Part shown: positions 51,644 through 64,000 of the stretch, one piece after another
Position numbering within the stretch: position 1 is the stretch's first letter
How the letters are laid out: the number at the start of each line of letters is the position of its first letter
DNA from: Escherichia coli
Lineage (GTDB): Bacteria > Pseudomonadota > Gammaproteobacteria > Enterobacterales > Enterobacteriaceae
Reading direction: 5' to 3' (one strand)
NCBI RefSeq assembly: GCF_041248615.1
Contig: NZ_CP158426.1
Length of the DNA: 64,000 nucleotides
Made by a program: the position numbers and the translations under genes
The notes under the pieces: generated by a model
Databases searched by the model: none
Told to the model about the DNA's origin: nothing
The model's input: only the letters and a program-made list of their open reading frames with translations

Positions 51644-53008
51644 ATGCTAACTTGCTTTAAAGCTTATGATATTCGCGGGAAACTAGGCGAAGAACTGAAT
51701 GAAGATATCGCCTGGCGCATTGGGCGTGCCTATGGCGAATTTCTCAAACCGAAAACCATTGTGTTAGGCGGTGATGTCCGCCTCACCAGCGAAACCTTAA
51801 AACTGGCGCTGGCGAAAGGTTTACAGGATGCGGGCGTCGATGTGCTGGATATCGGTATGTCCGGCACCGAAGAGATCTATTTCGCCACGTTCCATCTCGG
51901 CGTGGATGGCGGCATTGAAGTTACCGCCAGCCATAATCCGATGGATTATAACGGCATGAAGCTGGTGCGCGAGGGGGCTCGCCCGATCAGCGGGGATACC
52001 GGACTGCGCGATGTCCAGCGCCTGGCAGAAGCCAACGACTTCCCCCCCGTTGACGAAACCAAACGCGGTCGCTATCAGCAAATCAATCTGCGTGACGCTT
52101 ACGTTGATCACCTGTTCGGTTATATCAATGTCAAAAACCTCACGCCGCTCAAGCTGGTGATTAACTCCGGGAACGGCGCGGCGGGTCCGGTGGTGGACGC
52201 TATCGAAGCCCGCTTTAAAGCCCTCGGCGCACCTGTGGAATTAATCAAAGTACACAACACGCCGGACGGCAATTTCCCCAACGGTATTCCTAACCCGCTG
52301 CTGCCGGAATGCCGCGACGACACCCGCAATGCAGTCATCAAACACGGCGCGGATATGGGCATTGCCTTTGATGGCGATTTTGACCGCTGTTTCCTGTTTG
52401 ACGAAAAAGGGCAGTTTATCGAGGGCTACTACATTGTCGGTCTTCTGGCAGAAGCGTTCCTCGAAAAAAATCCCGGCGCGAAGATCATCCACGATCCGCG
52501 TCTCTCCTGGAACACCGTTGATGTGGTGACCGCCGCGGGCGGCACTCCGGTGATGTCGAAAACCGGACACGCCTTTATTAAAGAACGTATGCGCAAGGAA
52601 GACGCCATCTACGGTGGCGAAATGAGCGCCCACCACTATTTCCGTGATTTCGCTTACTGCGACAGCGGCATGATCCCGTGGCTGCTGGTCGCCGAACTGG
52701 TGTGTCTGAAAGGAAAAACGCTGGGCGAACTGGTGCGCGACCGGATGGCGGCGTTTCCGGCAAGCGGTGAGATCAACAGCAAACTGGCGCACCCCGTTGA
52801 GGCGATTAATCGCGTCGAACAGCATTTTAGCCGCGAGGCGCTGGCGGTGGATCGCACCGATGGCATCAGCATGACCTTTGCCGACTGGCGCTTTAACCTG
52901 CGCTCCTCCAACACCGAACCGGTGGTGCGGTTGAATGTGGAATCGCGCGGTGATGTACCGTTGATGGAAGAAAAGACAAAACTTATCCTTGAGTTACTGA
53001 ACAAGTAA
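51644..53008 (+). CDS. manB: Phosphomannomutase (O-antigen copy, mosaic with cpsG-like body)
   Basis: 454 aa with TASHNP. Differs from CpsG at 4 residues (A/V, H/R, S/P, Q/H) until the last 12 codons, which diverge ([13 protein letters not shown] vs [13 protein letters not shown]). Confidence 0.93.
   Translation: MLTCFKAYDIRGKLGEELNEDIAWRIGRAYGEFLKPKTIVLGGDVRLTSETLKLALAKGLQDAGVDVLDIGMSGTEEIYFATFHLGVDGGIEVTASHNPMDYNGMKLVREGARPISGDTGLRDVQRLAEANDFPPVDETKRGRYQQINLRDAYVDHLFGYINVKNLTPLKLVINSGNGAAGPVVDAIEARFKALGAPVELIKVHNTPDGNFPNGIPNPLLPECRDDTRNAVIKHGADMGIAFDGDFDRCFLFDEKGQFIEGYYIVGLLAEAFLEKNPGAKIIHDPRLSWNTVDVVTAAGGTPVMSKTGHAFIKERMRKEDAIYGGEMSAHHYFRDFAYCDSGMIPWLLVAELVCLKGKTLGELVRDRMAAFPASGEINSKLAHPVEAINRVEQHFSREALAVDRTDGISMTFADWRFNLRSSNTEPVVRLNVESRGDVPLMEEKTKLILELLNK
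51647..52970 (+). repeat. Copy 2 of the ~1.3-kb direct repeat (manB body)
   Basis: GC-rich tract matching 29222..30545, embedded between AT-rich manC and the AT-rich manB 3' tail. Confidence 0.85.
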
Positions 53009-53171
53009 TTCAGTAATTTCATATAAATGGGTTTTAAAAAACGGAAAAGATGAGATATCCGGTGTGGTATAGCCAAGGTAATGCTATTCAGTATCTCTAT
53101 GAGTGAGTTAACATCTATACCACATTTAAGCCGCACACTTCGCGGTGACCACCCCCTGACAGGAGTAAACA

Positions 53172-54578
53172 ATGTCAAAGCAACAGATCGGCGTCGTCGG
53201 TATGGCAGTGATGGGGCGCAACCTTGCGCTCAACATCGAAAGCCGTGGTTATACCGTCTCTATTTTCAACCGTTCCCGTGAAAAGACGGAAGAAGTGATT
53301 GCCGAAAATCCAGGCAAGAAACTGGTTCCTTACTATACGGTGAAAGAGTTTGTTGAATCTCTGGAAACGCCTCGTCGCATCCTGTTAATGGTGAAAGCAG
53401 GTGCAGGCACGGATGCTGCTATTGATTCCCTCAAACCATATCTCGATAAAGGCGACATCATCATCGATGGTGGTAACACCTTCTTCCAGGACACCATTCG
53501 TCGTAACCGTGAGCTTTCTGCCGAAGGCTTTAACTTTATCGGTACCGGTGTTTCTGGTGGTGAAGAAGGTGCGCTGAAAGGGCCTTCCATTATGCCTGGT
53601 GGGCAGAAAGAAGCCTATGAACTGGTTGCGCCGATCCTGACCAAAATCGCTGCAGTGGCTGAAGACGGTGAGCCATGCGTTACCTATATTGGTGCTGATG
53701 GTGCAGGTCACTATGTGAAGATGGTTCACAACGGTATTGAATACGGTGATATGCAGCTGATTGCTGAAGCCTATTCTCTGCTTAAAGGTGGCCTGAACCT
53801 CACCAACGAAGAACTGGCGCAGACCTTTACTGAGTGGAATAACGGTGAACTGAGCAGTTACCTGATCGACATCACCAAAGATATCTTCACCAAAAAAGAT
53901 GAAGACGGTAACTACCTGGTTGATGTGATCCTGGATGAAGCGGCTAACAAAGGTACCGGTAAATGGACCAGCCAGAGCGCGCTGGATCTCGGCGAACCGC
54001 TGTCGCTGATTACCGAGTCTGTGTTTGCACGTTATATCTCTTCTCTGAAAGATCAGCGTGTTGCCGCATCTAAAGTTCTCTCTGGTCCGCAAGCACAGCC
54101 AGCAGGCGACAAGGCTGAGTTCATCGAAAAAGTTCGTCGTGCGCTGTATCTGGGCAAAATCGTTTCTTACGCCCAGGGCTTCTCTCAGCTGCGTGCTGCG
54201 TCTGAAGAGTACAACTGGGATCTGAACTACGGCGAAATCGCGAAGATTTTCCGTGCTGGCTGCATCATCCGTGCGCAGTTCCTGCAGAAAATCACCGATG
54301 CTTATGCCGAAAATCCGCAGATCGCTAACCTGCTGCTGGCTCCGTACTTCAAGCAAATTGCCGATGACTACCAGCAGGCGCTGCGTGATGTCGTTGCTTA
54401 TGCAGTACAGAACGGTATTCCGGTTCCGACCTTCTCCGCAGCGGTTGCCTATTACGACAGCTACCGTGCTGCTGTTCTGCCTGCGAACCTGATCCAGGCA
54501 CAGCGTGACTATTTTGGTGCGCATACTTATAAGCGTATTGATAAAGAAGGCGTGTTCCATACCGAATGGCTGGATTAA
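53172..54578 (+). CDS. gnd: 6-phosphogluconate dehydrogenase, decarboxylating
   Basis: 468 aa with Rossmann [15 protein letters not shown]. Recognised as Gnd. Confidence 0.97.
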   Translation: MSKQQIGVVGMAVMGRNLALNIESRGYTVSIFNRSREKTEEVIAENPGKKLVPYYTVKEFVESLETPRRILLMVKAGAGTDAAIDSLKPYLDKGDIIIDGGNTFFQDTIRRNRELSAEGFNFIGTGVSGGEEGALKGPSIMPGGQKEAYELVAPILTKIAAVAEDGEPCVTYIGADGAGHYVKMVHNGIEYGDMQLIAEAYSLLKGGLNLTNEELAQTFTEWNNGELSSYLIDITKDIFTKKDEDGNYLVDVILDEAANKGTGKWTSQSALDLGEPLSLITESVFARYISSLKDQRVAASKVLSGPQAQPAGDKAEFIEKVRRALYLGKIVSYAQGFSQLRAASEEYNWDLNYGEIAKIFRAGCIIRAQFLQKITDAYAENPQIANLLLAPYFKQIADDYQQALRDVVAYAVQNGIPVPTFSAAVAYYDSYRAAVLPANLIQAQRDYFGAHTYKRIDKEGVFHTEWLD

Positions 54579-54605
54579 TCTGATTTAACCAACAATAAGA
54601 TTGAG

Positions 54606-54636
54606 GCCCGGCGTATATTGCACCGGGCTTTTTTTT
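54606..54636 (+). terminator. Rho-independent terminator after gnd
   Basis: gcccgg...ccgggc is a 6-bp GC stem (54606-54611 / 54623-54628) followed by T8. Confidence 0.7.
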
Positions 54637-54817
54637 GCCAAACATCTTATAGACTAAATTTCACTGCTTAATATTAACTTAATAAATATCAGCTATTCTT
54701 ATAAAGAAAATCTGAATTGTTTTTCGTTGCGTTGACCATCTGACAACGTAGCGTTAAAACTTTTAACTCTTATCAGGATGCTAAAAACATCATGATTCAC
54801 AGTTAAGTTAATTCTGA

Positions 54818-55993
<1,176 letters not shown>

Positions 55994-56138
55994 CATCCTG
56001 TTATCAGGGCTATTTACGCCCTGATTGTCTTTTGTTACTTGCGTAACAATTCATTATTTTTATCAATTATCCTATAGCATTCATGAGGATTATCGCTAAA
56101 CTATGCGGACTTGGAAATTTCCGTCAGTTAGGGTAATG

Positions 56139-57119
56139 ATGAGAGTAGAAAATAATAATGTTTCTGGGCAAAACCATGACCCGGAACAGATTGATTTGAT
56201 TGATTTACTAGTGCAGTTGTGGCGTGGCAAGATGACAATCATCATTTCCGTCATTGTGGCTATTGCCCTGGCTATTGGATATTTGGCAGTAGCGAAGGAG
56301 AAATGGACGTCAACAGCAATTATCACTCAGCCCGATGTGGGGCAAATTGCTGGCTATAACAATGCCATGAATGTTATCTATGGTCAGGCTGCACCGAAAG
56401 TATCGGATTTGCAGGAGACGTTAATTGGTCGCTTCAGTTCTGCCTTCTCTGCATTAGCAGAAACGCTGGATAATCAGGAAGAACCAGAAAAACTTACCAT
56501 CGAACCTTCTGTTAAGAACCAGCAATTACCATTGACTGTTTCTTATGTTGGGCAAACTGCAGAGGGCGCACAAATGAAGTTGGCCCAATACATTCAGCAA
56601 GTTGACGATAAAGTGAATCAAGAGTTAGAAAAGGATCTCAAGGACAACATTGCTCTGGGACGGAAAAACTTGCAGGACTCTTTAAGAACGCAGGAAGTGG
56701 TTGCGCAGGAGCAGAAAGATCTGCGTATCCGTCAGATTCAGGAAGCGTTGCAGTATGCGAATCAGGCGCAGGTGACAAAACCGCAAATTCAACAGACTGG
56801 CGAAGATATCACACAAGATACGTTGTTCCTTTTGGGGAGCGAAGCGCTGGAGTCGATGATTAAGCATGAAGCGACCCGTCCGTTAGTGTTCTCACCAAAC
56901 TACTATCAGACTCGTCAAAACCTGCTGGATATCGAAAGCTTAAAAGTTGATGATCTTGATATTCATGCTTACCGTTATGTGATGAAACCGACGTTACCTA
57001 TTCGTCGCGATAGCCCGAAAAAGGCAATTACCTTGATTCTGGCGGTGCTGCTGGGCGGCATGGTTGGCGCGGGGATTGTGCTGGGGCGTAACGCTCTGCG
57101 TAATTACAACGCGAAGTAA
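56139..57119 (+). CDS. wzzB: O-antigen chain-length determinant (PCP-1)
   Basis: Track ORF 56103..57119 trimmed to ATG 56139 (MRVENNNVSGQ), giving 326 aa. Two TM helices flank a coiled-coil periplasmic domain. Confidence 0.92.
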   Translation: MRVENNNVSGQNHDPEQIDLIDLLVQLWRGKMTIIISVIVAIALAIGYLAVAKEKWTSTAIITQPDVGQIAGYNNAMNVIYGQAAPKVSDLQETLIGRFSSAFSALAETLDNQEEPEKLTIEPSVKNQQLPLTVSYVGQTAEGAQMKLAQYIQQVDDKVNQELEKDLKDNIALGRKNLQDSLRTQEVVAQEQKDLRIRQIQEALQYANQAQVTKPQIQQTGEDITQDTLFLLGSEALESMIKHEATRPLVFSPNYYQTRQNLLDIESLKVDDLDIHAYRYVMKPTLPIRRDSPKKAITLILAVLLGGMVGAGIVLGRNALRNYNAK

Positions 57120-57140
57120 TCTTTTCGGTTTTAAAGAAAA

Positions 57141-57174
57141 CGGGCAGGGTGGTGACACCTTGCCCGTTTTTTTT
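57141..57174. terminator. Bidirectional intrinsic terminator shared by wzzB (+) and the his operon (-)
   Basis: cgggcagggtggtgacaccttgcccg forms a 9-bp stem. T8 follows on the plus strand and ttttctttaaaa follows on the minus strand. Confidence 0.75.
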
Positions 57175-57176
57175 GC

Positions 57177-57202
57177 CGGATGCGACAACAACATCGCATC
57201 CG
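57177..57202. repeat. REP-like palindrome downstream of hisI
   Basis: cggatgcga-caacaaca-tcgcatccg: a 9-bp stem with an 8-nt loop and no adjacent T-run. Confidence 0.5.
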
Positions 57203-57215
57203 CTCAGCACGCCAC

Positions 57216-57820
57216 TCACTGATGCCGTTTACGCAGGTTCTCAATTACCGTCGTTAAATCCAGATCCTGATCCTGCAACAACACCAGCAGGTGATACATC
57301 AAGTCAGATGCTTCGTTGGTCAGTTCAAAGCGGTCATGCACCGTTGCGGCCAGTGCGGTTTCCACGCCTTCTTCGCCCACTTTCTGCGCAATGCGTTTGG
57401 TGCCGCTGGCATACAGTTTGGCTGTGTAAGAGGTTTCCGGGTCGGCAGATTTGCGTTCGGCGAGCAGTTGTTCCAGTTGATACAGGAACAGCCACTGGTG
57501 AGCGGTGTCGCCGAAGCAGCTGCTGGTACCTTTGTGGCAGGTTGGCCCGATTGGATTTGCCAGCACCAGTAACGTGTCGTTGTCGCAGTCCGGAGCAATA
57601 CTCACCACATTGAGAAAATTGCCCGACGTTTCGCCTTTGGTCCACAGTCGCTGTTTAGTGCGCGAGAAGAAGGTGACATTGCCGCTTTCGATGGTTTTGT
57701 CCAGAGCTTCCGGGGTCATATAGCCCAGCATTAACACTTCGCCAGATACCGCGTGTTGCACAATCACCGGCATAAGTCCGTCGGTTTTTTCCCAGTCCAG
57801 TTCGCGACGTTGTTGTTCTG

Positions 57821-57827
<7 letters not shown>
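57216..57827 (-). CDS. hisI: Bifunctional phosphoribosyl-AMP cyclohydrolase / phosphoribosyl-ATP pyrophosphatase
   Basis: 203 aa, recognised as HisIE. Confidence 0.95.
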
Positions 57828-59905
<2,078 letters not shown>

Positions 59906-59906
<1 letters not shown>

Positions 59907-60972
59907 TACAGCACTCCTTTCGACGAGGGCAGGGTATCGCCTTCCACGCGGATGGCCTGGCGCAGGGTACGACCAAAGGCTTTGAACAGGCTTTCTACAC
60001 GGTGATGATCGTTTTTACCTTTGGTTTTCAGGTGCAGCGTCACGCCCATGGTGTAAGAGAGTGAGCGGAAGAAGTGTTCGATCATTTCAGTGCTGAGATC
60101 GCCCACGCGCTGGTAGGTAAACTCGGCTTTATATTCCAGGTGCGGGCGACCAGAGATATCCAGCGCGCAGCGGGCAAGGCATTCGTCCATCGGTAGCACA
60201 AAACCAAAGCGACAAATACCGCGTTTATCGCCGAGGGCAATTTTTAACGCTTCGCCCAGCGCCAGGCCGGTATCTTCGACGGTGTGGTGATCGTCGATAT
60301 AGAGGTCGCCTTTGACGTTGATTTCCATGCGGAAACCGCCGTGGGTGGCGATCTGATCCAGCATATGATCAAAGAAGCCAACGCCGGTGTTAATCTTGCT
60401 GCCACCTTCGCGATCCAGCCACACCTGGACGTCAATCTGCGTCTCTTTGGTGTTGCGCACTACATGGGCGTAACGGTCTCGTTTAGTGAGTTGCTCGCCA
60501 ATCATCGGCCAGTTCAGGGTTTCGCGGTCGTAGCGTAAACCATTAATGCCCATGTTTTCCGCCAGTTGAATGTCGGTCGCGCGATCGCCAATCACATAAC
60601 TGTTGGCACGATCCATCGCTTGCTCAGCCAGATAACGCTCCACCAGTTTTACTTTCGGCTTACGGCAGTCGCACTCATCGGCGGGCAGGTGCGGACAAAT
60701 CAGCACTTCATCAAACTGCACGCCTTGCGAGGTGAAGATCTGCATCATCAGGTTGTGCGGGCCATCAAAATCCGCCTGTGGGAAACTTTGTGTTCCAAGG
60801 CCATCCTGATTAGTGATCATCACCAGTTTGTAGCCCGCTTTTTGCAGCTTCAGCAGCTCCGGGATCACGCCCGGTTCAAAGGCGAGTTTGTCAAAACGGT
60901 CTACCTGAAAATCACTCGGCGGTTCGCTAATCAGGGTTCCATCGCGATCGATAAAAAGATACTTCTGACTCA

Positions 60973-60973
<1 letters not shown>
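59906..60973 (-). CDS. hisB: Bifunctional histidinol-phosphatase / imidazoleglycerol-phosphate dehydratase
   Basis: Second ATG ([13 protein letters not shown]) gives 355 aa. HAD motif DRDGT. Confidence 0.95.
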
Positions 60974-63344
<2,371 letters not shown>

Positions 63345-63349
63345 GGCGA

Positions 63350-64000
63350 TCACTCCATCATCTTCTCAATCGGCAGCACCAGGATTGAACTGGCACCCAG
63401 CGCTTTCAGTTTTTCCATCGTTTCCCAGAACAGGGTTTCGCTACTGACCATGTGCATCGCTACGCGCTGTTGATCACCTGCCAGCGGCAGAATAGTTGGG
63501 CGTTCGGCACCTGGCAGCAGGGCGATGACTTCATCCAGACGTTCAGTCGGTGCGTGCATCATGATGTATTTTGATTCGCGCGCCTGGATCACGCCCTGAA
63601 TACGGGTCAGCAGCTTGTCGATCAGTTGCTGTTTAGATTCTTCCATTTCGCCATCGCGCTGGATCAGGCAGGCTTTCGAGCGGTAGATAACTTCGACTTC
63701 GCGCAGGCCGTTAGCTTCCAGCGTGGCACCGGTGGAAACCAGATCGCAAATCGCATCCGCCAGTCCGGCGCGCGGGGCGACTTCAACAGAACCGTTCAGT
63801 AAGCAGGATTTAAAAGAGATGCCTTTCTGGTCGAGATAACGCTTGAGCAGGTGAGGATAAGAGGTGGCGATACGTTTACCGTTTAAGGAGAGCGGACCGT
63901 CCCAGGCTTCATCAACCGGCGTTGCCAGCGAAAGGCGGCAGCCGCCGAAATCCAGTCGACGCAGGGTAAAGTAGCGCGGATCTTCACCCTGGGCTCGGCG
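63350..64000 (-). CDS. hisG: ATP phosphoribosyltransferase, C-terminal ~216 codons (5' end beyond window)
   Basis: The reading frame stays open to the window end. The translation (..[27 protein letters not shown].. to ..LPIEKMME) is recognisable as HisG; the track shows only the part after an internal Met. Confidence 0.93.

Noticed and set aside
51644-53008. Whether the second phosphomannomutase copy is an assembly duplication artefact of cpsG
   Set aside because: The flanks are unique (manC upstream, gnd downstream). The copy carries scattered nucleotide differences and 4 amino-acid differences, and it has a distinct AT-rich 3' end. This is consistent with a genuine paralogue/mosaic gene.
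53385-54560. 391-aa ORF antisense to almost the whole of gnd
   Set aside because: It lies entirely inside a strongly recognisable, highly codon-biased gene. The product is low-complexity with no motifs, start context or RBS. Long shadow ORFs on the opposite strand are an expected by-product of codon bias in highly expressed genes.

Overview
This window is a contiguous stretch of Escherichia coli chromosome, in reverse orientation relative to the usual K-12 map. Nearly every gene is recognisable from its translation. Order: yegL (5' end off-window), yegK/pphC and yegI (vWA protein, PP2C phosphatase, Hanks kinase); yegD; alkA; dgcE (yegE); udk-dcd-asmA; yegH; the complete 19-gene colanic acid (cps/wca) cluster wza-wzb-wzc-wcaABCDEF-gmd-fcl-gmm-wcaI-cpsB-cpsG-wcaJ-wzxC-wcaKLM; galF; an O-antigen cluster (rmlBDAC, wzx, vioA/vioB-like aminotransferase and acetyltransferase, two orphan ORFs, wzy, a GT4 and a GT2 transferase, manC, manB); gnd; ugd; wzzB; and the his operon read on the minus strand (hisI,F,A,H,B,C,D and a partial hisG running off the window). 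I saw no tRNA, rRNA, CRISPR array, intact IS element or prophage gene. The only clearly accessory DNA is the AT-rich O-unit block (about 42.4-51.6 kb), whose gene content matches what I recall of the O7 (VioNAc-containing) cluster. I did not find an unambiguous new system. The best candidates for under-described biology are: (1) the translationally coupled vWA/PP2C/Ser-Thr-kinase triad at the left edge, whose kinase carries a membrane hairpin and tandem HhH motifs; (2) two O-cluster ORFs with no canonical glycosyltransferase signature; (3) a sharply bounded cpsG-like gene-conversion tract inside the O-cluster manB, which creates a 1.3-kb direct repeat 22.4 kb apart; and (4) WcaM, a Tat-exported beta-helix protein of unknown role. 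Several track ORFs were trimmed to internal starts by homology to remembered K-12 N-termini. All identity and G+C statements are by-eye estimates, not computed alignments.
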